Below are positions 19,358 through 27,938 of a DNA stretch of 64,000 nucleotides, in pieces. The position numbers and the translations under genes were made by a program. The notes under the pieces are model-generated. The model did not search any database, was not told where the DNA came from, and saw nothing but the letters and a program-made list of their open reading frames with translations. Origin of the DNA: Clostridia bacterium. Lineage in GTDB: Bacteria; Bacillota; Clostridia; Christensenellales; CAG-138. The stretch is taken from the NCBI GenBank assembly GCA_030527165.1, contig JAUNBH010000003.1, positions 20,028 through 84,027 of the forward strand, given 5' to 3'. The number at the start of each line of letters is the position of its first letter. Position 1 is the stretch's first letter.

Positions 19358-19380
19358 CGCCCGCTACGCGGGCGTTTTTT
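19358..19380 (+). terminator. Rho-independent terminator
   Basis: CGCCCG/CGGGCG stem with a short loop, followed by T6 (19375-19380). Confidence 0.75.
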
Positions 19381-19404
19381 GCGCATGTGCGGGCAAAACT
19401 CCGG

Positions 19405-19432
19405 TTGTGCGTTAAGCTAAGCGTGCTATAAT
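19405..19432 (+). promoter_or_regulatory. Candidate sigma-A promoter
   Basis: TTGTGC, 16 nt spacer, then TGcTATAAT (TATAAT 19427-19432). Confidence 0.5.
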
Positions 19433-19490
19433 CAGTAGACTGCAGAATGCGGCGCTGTGGGCCGCGTTTATGACTGGCCGGAGGTGCGAA

Positions 19491-20525
19491 ATGGAACTGC
19501 TCAAGCTGTACGAGGATGTCGGGCGAGTGATTGACTCGGTCGATTTTGACGCGCTGTGGCGGGGATTCAAGCGCTGCGATTTCGCCCTGTACGACGATGC
19601 GCAGGTCGTGCTAAACGGTGAGTTACGCCCCAAGACTGACGAATTCTTAGCTAATACCGCCATACTGTATGAGGGGCGCTACATAGCCATATGGCATGTG
19701 GCGGAGGAGTTGGATATAGACGTGCTCGCGAGCAAGCTCGTGCACGAGATGTTTCACGCATACCAGTACGAGTGCGGCGAGAGCCGCTTCCCCGATGAAT
19801 TTGCCGCCCTGCGCGATTACGAATACAGTCCGCAGTATATGTGCTTAAAGCAGGCGGAGAACGAACGGCTTGCAGCGGCGTTTGAGGAGGGCGGCGCGCG
19901 TGCGTTCGCCGACTTCTTGGCGTTGAGGAAGCGCCGCCGGGAGGAGTACCCGTATCAGTATGCGTATGAGAGCAGCGTGGAAGCGGTGGAGGGCAGCGCT
20001 CAGTATGTGGAATTGCAGGTGCTTCGCGCGCGCTGCACGGCACAGTACGAGAGGGCGCGGCGGCGCGCGTTGGGATCAGTTGCAGATGTGCAGCGACTCA
20101 TGCCCGTGCGGATACAGTGTTATGATGTAGGCGCATTGACAATAGAGGCGTGCCTGCGCTACGGCGTGGAGTTGAACCTCGAGGTTGGCGCGACAAGCGA
20201 GTTTCTGATACCGGATGAGGCGCTCGACAATGCGGAGGGGGAATGCGGCATAGAGTACAATGCCGTCGTCGCGCAGCTGTATGAGGAGAAGCTCGGGGCG
20301 AACCGCGCGCGTATAGAGTCTATACGGCGCACCGGGGAGAAGGTGGCAGAGGGCGAGTTTGAGCTGCTGGGCGTCAACGTCTACTCCGCCACGCACACGG
20401 ATGGCTACATCTATACGGAATACTTTTTGATGTACGGCGACGTGGACGGCCCCGTAACGCTGTACGGAAACTACCTCGTCAGATTGGAGCATGGGAAGAT
20501 AACGGAGATATACATGGAACGCTGA
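19491..20525 (+). CDS. Putative HExxH zinc metallopeptidase (family not recognised)
   Basis: VHEMFHAYQ motif with a downstream EGSAQYVE as a possible third ligand. GGAGGTG SD precedes ATG 19491. Confidence 0.6.
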   Translation: MELLKLYEDVGRVIDSVDFDALWRGFKRCDFALYDDAQVVLNGELRPKTDEFLANTAILYEGRYIAIWHVAEELDIDVLASKLVHEMFHAYQYECGESRFPDEFAALRDYEYSPQYMCLKQAENERLAAAFEEGGARAFADFLALRKRRREEYPYQYAYESSVEAVEGSAQYVELQVLRARCTAQYERARRRALGSVADVQRLMPVRIQCYDVGALTIEACLRYGVELNLEVGATSEFLIPDEALDNAEGECGIEYNAVVAQLYEEKLGANRARIESIRRTGEKVAEGEFELLGVNVYSATHTDGYIYTEYFLMYGDVDGPVTLYGNYLVRLEHGKITEIYMER

Positions 20526-20568
20526 GAGCGGTCGACATGCGCTCGCCCTTGCATTGCCCGGGGCGCCG

Positions 20569-22284
20569 TCAGGTATTGCTGACGTACATTGGGTTGAGCT
20601 CAATTGGCTGCCGCCGGGATGCGCTGACAGCGGGTATGGATTTGGAATAATCAAACGCCATACTGTAATACGGGTCGCCGCTTATGAGCATTGGCCGCAG
20701 CGTGTCATAGCAGCGTACGAGCTCGCTTTCTGGCGCGTCGGCGAAGGGGTCCCTGCTCTCGCCATGGTACATGAACTTGGCGTGCGGGGTATAGACGTTG
20801 CGAAGCCCTCTCCGCAGCAGCGTCAGGCACAGCGCGATGCCGTAGCCTACGGATTCAAAGCTCTCGTCAAACTTCCCTGCTGCGAAAAAGGCTTCTGCGG
20901 ATACTGCGACGGCGCGCGAGCCCGGGACGGACACATTGCGAACCGAGTTGACGAACTGGTCGTACAGCTTGTCGCCGCGTCGCTCCTGACAGCCCGCAAA
21001 CAAGCTGCCCGCCCACCCATGCAGCCCCGCCACGAGGCCGGCCTCGACTATTCTGCGCATAGGATCTATCAGCTTACAGCCGACGGCGCCCGCGCCGTGC
21101 TGCATGCACAGCTCGAGCATTGCTTCGAGCGATTCCGGGAGCAGCAGCGCGGTATCGGGCGACAGAAACAGCAGCGCGTCGCAGGAAGCGCGTTCCGCCG
21201 CTTCATTTAACGCCTTTGGTGCGGATATGACTGCGTTGCTTCTTATGATAGTCGCCGCGCGGTTTTTCTCAAGCGCATCATAGTAGCGCAGAGTCTTTGT
21301 ATCACTGCTTCCCATGTCCGCTATCAGGAAGTCATAGCGCTCGTACATCGCGTTGTCGTCTATGGATTCCATGCACCTGCGCAGCTGTTCCTGCCCATTG
21401 AGATTCGGTATCACTATGGCGAGCCTTGGCTCGCTGCGCAGTATATAGCGCGTGCGATAGCTTCCGTCGTACAGGCCCTGCTGGGCGTAGCCGTTAATGT
21501 GAGCCCGCTTGAGCACGCCGTCAATAGCGCCTGCGCAGCCTATGCCGGGCTTCGAATTGCGCTTTACGGTGTAGAGCACCTTTGCAATGTGCGTGGTGTG
21601 AGCAGAAGCCATGGCTGCCGACAGTACCAGCGAGTACATGCTGCGCTCAGCAGTCCCGCAAAGCCCTCCCGCCGATTCATAGAGCGCCCTCGATATGAGC
21701 AGCGGCCGAAGCATGTAGTTATAGCAAAAGAGCGTGTCGAGCGAAATGTCTGGTAAAAAATGGGGATTAGCCCTGCCGCCGTGGACGAATTCGTCGTAGT
21801 CCGAGTACACCAGGTCGCAGGCGTCGCAGGAGTTTAGCGCGTCCACGCATTCCGACAGCGCACAGGGCGCGAGCACATCGCCCGGTTTGATGAAAGAGAT
21901 AAACTCGCCGTGCGACTGGGAGAAAGCCATCTCTACGGCGCCGGAGAGGTCGCGCAGCATGCAGAGGCGCGCGCCGTCCAGCTCGTTCAGCGCGTCGAGG
22001 CCGGACTGGTCGAGCCTCGATACCACGCTCAGTTCAAAGCGCTTATACGTCTGCGCGGCGACGGATTCCACCGTGGCAGACACGTCTCCGGGGCTTGCGC
22101 CGTCGGCTATCATCAGTATGGATATCAGCGGCTGCCGCGCGCGCTTTGGGCGCACGCAATCCGCGCAGTCGCGCTCGGTTTGCGACGGGTACAGCGAATA
22201 GGCTTCATCCGGAGCATCGCCATGTCGCAGTTTAGAGCTTAGCTTGTGCAGCGCTCCCTTTAGCGCCGGTAAAAAACGCTTCAT
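20569..22284 (-). CDS. Glycosyltransferase with two family-2 (GT-A) domains
   Basis: Two GT2-type N-terminal signatures are present (LISILMIADGASPGDVSATVESVAAQTY; LAIVIPNLNGQEQLRRCMESI). The length is 571 aa. Confidence 0.8.
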   Translation of the reverse strand: MKRFLPALKGALHKLSSKLRHGDAPDEAYSLYPSQTERDCADCVRPKRARQPLISILMIADGASPGDVSATVESVAAQTYKRFELSVVSRLDQSGLDALNELDGARLCMLRDLSGAVEMAFSQSHGEFISFIKPGDVLAPCALSECVDALNSCDACDLVYSDYDEFVHGGRANPHFLPDISLDTLFCYNYMLRPLLISRALYESAGGLCGTAERSMYSLVLSAAMASAHTTHIAKVLYTVKRNSKPGIGCAGAIDGVLKRAHINGYAQQGLYDGSYRTRYILRSEPRLAIVIPNLNGQEQLRRCMESIDDNAMYERYDFLIADMGSSDTKTLRYYDALEKNRAATIIRSNAVISAPKALNEAAERASCDALLFLSPDTALLLPESLEAMLELCMQHGAGAVGCKLIDPMRRIVEAGLVAGLHGWAGSLFAGCQERRGDKLYDQFVNSVRNVSVPGSRAVAVSAEAFFAAGKFDESFESVGYGIALCLTLLRRGLRNVYTPHAKFMYHGESRDPFADAPESELVRCYDTLRPMLISGDPYYSMAFDYSKSIPAVSASRRQPIELNPMYVSNT

Positions 22285-22313
22285 GGCGTTATTGTTCCAT
22301 AGAGAAGCGGCTT

Positions 22314-22937
22314 TTATACGGTTTGCAGTCCGGCTGAGAGGTATGCTGCGGCTATAGCTGCTGCGGCGTCGTGCGAGGTTTCGTCGAACAATATGACCAG
22401 GGCTTCCCGCAGGCCGTCGAGTTCCGAAGCGAGCTGTCCGCGTGAGCCGGGCAAGGCCAACACGCCGCTGTTAGCGATGATGGCGGCGCTCTCGCGGTCG
22501 TCCTTTAGCGCGACGAAGTCTATTCCGGCGACAGTTCGTCCGCGCTTTGCGATTGTGACGAGCTGCCGGGCATCGCATATGCCTTCAAACGCGCACATGC
22601 CGAGCTTGCGGGAGAGCACGGGGACGAGGGCGAGGCTGCCGCCCTGCGAACAGTCCACGTACAGGTTCAGCTGCGCCGCCTGGCGGAGTCGAGACTGCCT
22701 GAACGCGCAGTTGAGGAGCGCTTCACAGTGCCGGCGCATGTCGGGGTCGAGCGAGCCTGTACGCGCCTCCGTGAGCGCTGTCTCGCGTTGCGGACAGTAG
22801 AGGGGCAGTCCGCCGCCGCGCTTGCAAGCGGCGACCTCGTCTATCGTGCGCAGGCGCTCGCAAAAGAGCGCTATCAGCTGCGCGTCTATGCCGTCGATGC
22901 GGCGGCGGAGCGCGTCGAGCTCGTCGTGCGGGTTCAT
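22314..22937 (-). CDS. Chorismate mutase (AroQ/CM_2) fused to an unassigned C-terminal domain of about 115 aa
   Basis: The N-terminus LDALRRRIDGIDAQLIALFCERLRTIDEVAACK...PQRETAL is a CM_2 signature. The C-terminal half is not recognised. The start overlaps the ppiB stop (ATGA). Confidence 0.7.
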   Translation of the reverse strand: MNPHDELDALRRRIDGIDAQLIALFCERLRTIDEVAACKRGGGLPLYCPQRETALTEARTGSLDPDMRRHCEALLNCAFRQSRLRQAAQLNLYVDCSQGGSLALVPVLSRKLGMCAFEGICDARQLVTIAKRGRTVAGIDFVALKDDRESAAIIANSGVLALPGSRGQLASELDGLREALVILFDETSHDAAAAIAAAYLSAGLQTV

Positions 22938-23437
22938 AGGGTATCAGGTGTCGCCGCTTCGCGCTCGCTCGTCGCGGTAACGCGCTCTATGCGCGCCGAA
23001 ACCATGGGACGGTCCGCACGGTCTGTGGGGTACGAAGCTATTTCATCGACTACCTCCATGCCCTCCACCACGCGCCCAAAGGCCGCGTACTGCCCGTCGA
23101 GGTGCGGTGCGTCGGCGTGCATGATAAAGAATTGCGAGCCCGCGGAATTGGGATTCATGGAGCGCGCCATTGATATAACGCCCCTGGTGTGCTTGAGCGG
23201 ATTGTCGAACCCGTTCGCAGCGAACTCGCCCCTTATGCTGTAACCGGGGCCTCCGGTGCCGGTGCCGTTCGGGCAGCCGCCCTGTATCATGAAGCCGGGT
23301 ATTATCCTGTGAAAGCCGAGCCCGTCATAGAAGCCGCTTTGGACGAGGGACAGGAAGTTCCTGGCGGTGTTGGGCGCGCTGGCAAAGTCGAGTTCGAGCT
23401 TTATTCTGCCGCCGTTTTCCATTTCAATGGTGATCAT
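22934..23437 (-). CDS. ppiB: Peptidyl-prolyl cis-trans isomerase (cyclophilin type)
   Basis: FHRIIPGFMIQGG and SMARSMNPNSAGSQFFI cyclophilin motifs. ATG 23437 has an AAGGAG SD. Confidence 0.9.
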   Translation of the reverse strand: MITIEMENGGRIKLELDFASAPNTARNFLSLVQSGFYDGLGFHRIIPGFMIQGGCPNGTGTGGPGYSIRGEFAANGFDNPLKHTRGVISMARSMNPNSAGSQFFIMHADAPHLDGQYAAFGRVVEGMEVVDEIASYPTDRADRPMVSARIERVTATSEREAATPDTL

Positions 23438-23612
23438 GTCTATCTCCTTGGTATGTCTTGTGGCGATCGAGCGGTCGCACTGTATAAATGATACCATGCA
23501 GCCGTGCGCGCAATCAATGGCGACATGCGGATTCGTCCTGCGCGGGAGCCTGCAAAGCGCCGTTGGACGCGCGAAAGAACGAAAAATATACTGACTTTGC
23601 AGATTTTTGCGC

Positions 23613-23641
23613 TTGACAGTCGGCTCTGCGGCCTATATAAT
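23613..23641 (+). promoter_or_regulatory. Consensus sigma-A promoter of the infC operon
   Basis: TTGACA (23613-23618), exactly 17 nt spacer, then TATAAT (23636-23641). Confidence 0.7.
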
Positions 23642-23647
23642 GCTCGT

Positions 23648-23762
23648 GTTAAGCAGAGGCCGCCCGCTTCTCACCTTCCGGCATATGCCTGGAACGGTAA
23701 AATGGCGATATTGACTTTATGTCGGTGTTTGTGGGCGCTCTGCGCGCACAAATTTTGTTTTT
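23648..23762 (+). promoter_or_regulatory. infC leader with terminator-like attenuator (L20-leader-type element)
   Basis: A leader of about 130 nt lies between the promoter and the infC SD. A GUGGGCGC/GCGCGCAC hairpin (23731-23749) is followed by AATTTTGTTTTT, immediately before GGAGGTG. The position matches the Firmicutes L20 leader. Confidence 0.55.
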
Positions 23763-23776
23763 GGAGGTGTGTAACC

Positions 23777-24289
23777 ATAGCTAAGGACGACCTTATGATC
23801 AACGAGGAGATACGCGACAAGGAAGTTAGGCTTATCTCTGAGACAGGCGAACAGCTGGGCATAGTATCAGCGAGAGCCGCGCAGGCGATGGCGGACGAAA
23901 AGGGGCTGGATCTCGTGAAGATTGCCGCAAAGGGCAACCCGCCCGTGTGCAAGATAATGGACTACGGCAAGTACCGTTACGAGCAGTCCAAGCGCGAGAA
24001 GGAACAGAGAAAGAATCAAAAGACAGTCGAGATGAAGGAAGTCAGGTTGTCTGCCACCATTGACACCCACGATATGGAGGTCAAGGCGAAGGCGTGCGTC
24101 AAGTTCCTGCAGGAAGGGAACAAGGTCAAAGTGTCGATACGCTTCAGGGGGAGGCAGATAACCCACGGAAGCGTAGGCCTGGAGGTTATGGACGCCTTCT
24201 ACAAGATGGTCAGTGACTATGCTGCGATAGAGAAGCCCGCAAAGCAGGAAGGTCGCAACATGTTCATGATACTAACACCCAAGAGCTAA
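23777..24289 (+). CDS. infC: Translation initiation factor IF-3 (non-canonical ATA start)
   Basis: (M)[28 protein letters not shown]... aligns from residue 1 with B. subtilis-type IF-3 N-termini. ATA 23777 lies 7 nt after GGAGGTG (23763-23769). The long upstream track ORF (23504) has no SD. Confidence 0.9.
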   Translation: MAKDDLMINEEIRDKEVRLISETGEQLGIVSARAAQAMADEKGLDLVKIAAKGNPPVCKIMDYGKYRYEQSKREKEQRKNQKTVEMKEVRLSATIDTHDMEVKAKACVKFLQEGNKVKVSIRFRGRQITHGSVGLEVMDAFYKMVSDYAAIEKPAKQEGRNMFMILTPKS

Positions 24290-24324
24290 CAAAGAAATTA
24301 AAAGAGGAAGAGGAGGATCACCCC

Positions 24325-24522
24325 ATGCCGAAAATCAAGACCCACAGGGGTGCTGCAAAGCGTTTTAACCTAACAAAGAGCGGCAGGATAAAGAGGGCGA
24401 AGGCCTACAAAAGACATATCTTGACCGAGAAGTCCACTAAGAGAAAGCGCGCGCTGCGTCAGACAGACTACATCGCCGCGTGCGAAGCACGGAAAGTCCG
24501 CGAACTCATTCCGTATAAATAA
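24325..24522 (+). CDS. rpmI: 50S ribosomal protein L35
   Basis: Begins [14 protein letters not shown]. Length 65 aa. GAGGAGG SD. Confidence 0.95.
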   Translation: MPKIKTHRGAAKRFNLTKSGRIKRAKAYKRHILTEKSTKRKRALRQTDYIAACEARKVRELIPYK

Positions 24523-24533
24523 GGAGGTACACA

Positions 24534-24890
24534 ATGGCCAGGATAAAGAGGGCAGTAAACGCCGTAAAGAAGCGCCGCAAAGTTTTCAAGCTCGCAAAGG
24601 GCTATTATGGGGCAAAGAGCAAGCAGTACCGTGCCGCGTCGCAGCAGGTAATGAAGTCCATGGCTTACGCCTATGTGGGCAGGAAGCTGAAGAAGCGCGA
24701 GTACCGCAAGCTGTGGATAGCGCGTATCAATGCGGGCGCGCGCATATGCGGAACGAATTACAGCCGCCTGATAAACGGACTCAAGGTCGCGGGCGTTGAT
24801 GTAAACCGCAAGGTGTTGGCGGATCTGGCAGTAAACGACATGAATGCGTTCAAGCAGCTTGTCGATATAGCGATGAAGGCCATAGCCTGA
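24534..24890 (+). CDS. rplT: 50S ribosomal protein L20
   Basis: Begins [29 protein letters not shown]. Length 118 aa. Confidence 0.95.
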   Translation: MARIKRAVNAVKKRRKVFKLAKGYYGAKSKQYRAASQQVMKSMAYAYVGRKLKKREYRKLWIARINAGARICGTNYSRLINGLKVAGVDVNRKVLADLAVNDMNAFKQLVDIAMKAIA

Positions 24891-24905
24891 TAAGCGATGG
24901 CGGAG

Positions 24906-24936
24906 AGACCGGCTGACATGCGCAGTCGGTCTTTGT
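24906..24936 (+). terminator. Hairpin / weak terminator after rplT
   Basis: 10-bp stem AGACCGGCUG/CAGUCGGUCU with a 7-nt loop, followed by a weak U-tract (TTTGT). Confidence 0.5.
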
Positions 24937-24955
24937 CGTAGGAGGGCGGCAGAGC

Positions 24956-25726
24956 ATGATAATCGAAACCACGCGAAACGAAGCGGTAAAGCGCGCGAGG
25001 CAGCTTTCGCAGAGGAAGGGGAGGCAGGAGCAGGGCGTCCACTTCATAGAGGGTGAGAAGCTGGTTCGTGAGGCGATAATATCGGGCGCGGAGTTTGAAA
25101 ACGCCTTTATCGAGGAGGGGCACGAGCTGATGGAGGCGGTGCTCGCGGGGAGCGGGGCAAACGTCTACACTGTCAAGCGGCACGTCATGGAGAGCATGAC
25201 GAATACCACGACGCCGCAATGGGTGTGCGCTACCGTGAAAACGCCTTCCACCCAACCGCCCGCGGTATACCCCTCCGGCATGCTGATAGCTCTTGACAGG
25301 GTGCAGGAGCCGGGCAATCTGGGGACAATAATACGCAGCGCTGACGCGATGGGCGCGCGCGGCGTGCTCATAGGCGACGGCAGTGCGGACGCCTTCGCGC
25401 CCAAGCCGGTGCGCGCGTCGATGGGCTCGATATACCACGTTCAAATATGGAACGTCGACCTGCGCCGCGAGCTGTACAGGCTGCGGGACGAGGGCTATTC
25501 GCTCATATGCGGGCATCTCGGCGGCAGCGAAGTGCTGCCCGAAACGGGTGCGAATTGCGTGCTGGTGGTGGGCAACGAGAGCCAGGGAGTTTCGGATGAC
25601 ATAGCCGGCATGTGCGAGCTGTACAGGCTGCCCATGTACGGATTTGCGGAGTCGCTCAACGCGTCCGTTGCGGCGAGCCTCATGATGTACGACATCGCGA
25701 AGAGAATGCGCGCGGGCGAGCGCTGA
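24956..25726 (+). CDS. TrmH/SpoU-family RNA 2'-O-methyltransferase
   Basis: Motifs LDRVQEPGNLGTIIRSADAMG, VVGNESQGVS and ESLNASVAASLMMY. It sits downstream of rplT, as B. subtilis ysgA does. Confidence 0.85.
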   Translation: MIIETTRNEAVKRARQLSQRKGRQEQGVHFIEGEKLVREAIISGAEFENAFIEEGHELMEAVLAGSGANVYTVKRHVMESMTNTTTPQWVCATVKTPSTQPPAVYPSGMLIALDRVQEPGNLGTIIRSADAMGARGVLIGDGSADAFAPKPVRASMGSIYHVQIWNVDLRRELYRLRDEGYSLICGHLGGSEVLPETGANCVLVVGNESQGVSDDIAGMCELYRLPMYGFAESLNASVAASLMMYDIAKRMRAGER

Positions 25727-25795
25727 TTGCGCCGGATTTGCACATGCGGCGCGGAATATGGTACACTATTTATATAGTGCAGAGAGGTACCCGCG

Positions 25796-26215
25796 ATGGC
25801 TGACGATCATCCCAATATAGTGGACACCGGCGCGGATAAGGCGCATGTTGCGCACACCGGGCGTGCCAAGGACGAGCATAAGCTAAACCAGTTTCACGAG
25901 AAGTACTTTCACCACGAGGACGGCAAGTATGCCATATACAGTGCCGAGAATCCCGTGGAGGAGTGGATGATGACCGGGCGCAACATCGCCGTATGCATAG
26001 CCGCGGTGCTGTTTGCGCTCGCTATGCTGGGCGCGGCGGGGGCGCTAAAGGACTTGTTCATGGGCATTGCGTACTTCCTTGGGGCGGGCGCGTACGTGTT
26101 GGAGATACTCATACTCACGGACTGTTTTGAAACAAAGACCAAGCTAAAGGACATGCTCATGCCATATGTATTCGGCGCGCTCTACGTGGCGCTGGGCATA
26201 AGCTATATAGTGTAG
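25796..26215 (+). CDS. Hypothetical membrane protein (about 3 TM)
   Basis: 139-aa ORF with a GAGAGG SD. It has a polar His-rich N-terminus followed by hydrophobic helices. No family recognised. Confidence 0.5.
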   Translation: MADDHPNIVDTGADKAHVAHTGRAKDEHKLNQFHEKYFHHEDGKYAIYSAENPVEEWMMTGRNIAVCIAAVLFALAMLGAAGALKDLFMGIAYFLGAGAYVLEILILTDCFETKTKLKDMLMPYVFGALYVALGISYIV

Positions 26216-26219
26216 CCGG

Positions 26220-27938
26220 TCAACGGCGGTCGGCGAGCTGCGCGTTTAGGGTTAATACGTCGTTCGGGTCGAGCTTCACCACCGCCCTGTCGTATGTTAT
26301 AAAGCCGTTCACTTCATCTTCCACATCTGACAACTGGGTGTATATCGCCGCGCACAAGCCGAGCGCCTTTGCGGGGATTATTTCGTTCTCGTACAGTTTG
26401 CGTAGCGCCGACAGCAACTCCTCGGGCGTAGCGCAGCCCTTGTAGCCGAAGGTCTTTTTGCCGAACGAATGGCCCTCTATCCGGAGCGAGTAGCCGCCGA
26501 ATTCCGTCAGCATGACTGCGCGCTTCAACTCGTCGGGCTTAAACTCGTACGGTTTGAAGTAGACGTGCAGACTCTTGGTATCGCCTATGCGCTGGTCATG
26601 CCAGCCGCTCGCGTGGTCTATGGTGCGCGAGCTGTCCATGTCGAGCAGGAAGCGCACGGCGGTTGCCGCATCGAATTGTCCCCAGCCCTCGTTGAAGGGA
26701 ACCCACATGGCGATGGAGACGCAGTTTACGAGCGCGTTCACTGTCTCGCGAAGCTCCCGATAGTACTGCGCGCGTCCGGCGGCGTCCTCTCGAGCGAAAA
26801 GGGCGTAATTGTTGTCCTTCACGCTGTGACCGTCTATGAAGCAGGGCGCGGTTACGGTTAGCGGCTTATAGCTGCTGCCGCCGTTCACCATATCCTGCCA
26901 GACGAGCATGCCGAGCCTGTCGCAGTGATAGTACCACCTGAGCGGCTCGACTTTGATATGCTTTCTGAGCGTGTTGAAGCCCATGCGCTTCATCAGCGAA
27001 ATGTCGTCTATCATCGCCTGGTCGCAAGGCGGGGTCAGCAGCCCGTCGCAGTAATAGCCCTGATCCAGCACGCCGGTGTGGAAATACGGTTCGCCATTTA
27101 GAAACAGCCGCTTTACGCCCGATTTGTCCTCTCGCACCTCGAATTTCCGCATGCCGAAGTAGCTCTCGACCATGTCATCGCCGCATTCGACGGACAGCTC
27201 GTACAGCTTGGGGTTTTCAGGCGACCAGAGCTCAAAAGCGTCCAGCTTAAGGGTGATGGGCTCGCCGGACACCCCGCGGGCACTGCTCCCGCAGGCGGAC
27301 ACGGCGACGGCGGCGTCGGCGTTCGCGTATACGGTGACGCTTATTGAGCCGTCGTCTATGGAGGGGAGTATCCTGAGGCGCGTAACGTAAGTTTCGGGCA
27401 CGCTCTCAAGCCACACTGTCTGCCATATGCCGCTCTGAGGCGTGTACCATATGCCGCCGCGTTTCGTCTTCTGTTTCCCGCGCGAGTGGCTGCCCGCATC
27501 GGTAATGTCCGTGACGCGCACCGTGAGCTCGTTGCAGTCGGAGAGGTGCTGCGTTATATCGCACTTGAAGGGCGTGTACCCACCCGTGTGGCTTGCGACG
27601 AGCGTGCCGTTCACGAACACGTCCGCCGTCTGGTCGACTGCGCCGAAGTGAAGAATCACGCGCCCGCGGACAAAGCCGTCCGGCAGCTCGAAGCGCCTGT
27701 GGTACCAGAGCTCGCGGTCTGGTGTGAGCGCGCGTTTGACGCCGGAGAGCTCCGTCTCGGGCGAGAACGGCACCAGTATGTCGTGTTCATAGCGCTCCGG
27801 CGCACCGGAACCGAGCGGCATGAAAGCGCACTGCCATACGCCGTTGAGGCAGATATAGCTGGAACGCCGGAGTTGCGGCCGCGGGTATTCGGGGAGCGGC
27901 AAGTTTCGGTCGACGGAATCGAAGTATACGGATCTCAT
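26220..27938 (-). CDS. Glycoside hydrolase family 2 (beta-galactosidase/beta-glucuronidase-like)
   Basis: The N-terminus LPEYPRPQLRRSSYICLNGVWQ is typical of short GH2 enzymes. It also carries WVPFNEGWGQ (the acid/base NE motif context). It is coupled to the upstream MFS gene (ATGA). Confidence 0.8.
   Translation of the reverse strand: MRSVYFDSVDRNLPLPEYPRPQLRRSSYICLNGVWQCAFMPLGSGAPERYEHDILVPFSPETELSGVKRALTPDRELWYHRRFELPDGFVRGRVILHFGAVDQTADVFVNGTLVASHTGGYTPFKCDITQHLSDCNELTVRVTDITDAGSHSRGKQKTKRGGIWYTPQSGIWQTVWLESVPETYVTRLRILPSIDDGSISVTVYANADAAVAVSACGSSARGVSGEPITLKLDAFELWSPENPKLYELSVECGDDMVESYFGMRKFEVREDKSGVKRLFLNGEPYFHTGVLDQGYYCDGLLTPPCDQAMIDDISLMKRMGFNTLRKHIKVEPLRWYYHCDRLGMLVWQDMVNGGSSYKPLTVTAPCFIDGHSVKDNNYALFAREDAAGRAQYYRELRETVNALVNCVSIAMWVPFNEGWGQFDAATAVRFLLDMDSSRTIDHASGWHDQRIGDTKSLHVYFKPYEFKPDELKRAVMLTEFGGYSLRIEGHSFGKKTFGYKGCATPEELLSALRKLYENEIIPAKALGLCAAIYTQLSDVEDEVNGFITYDRAVVKLDPNDVLTLNAQLADRR

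Noticed and set aside
23504-23776. 91-aa N-terminal extension of infC (track ORF 23504..24289).
   Set aside because: It would span the consensus promoter and the terminator-like leader. It has no SD and no similarity to IF-3. Homology begins at the ATA codon at 23777, behind GGAGGTG.
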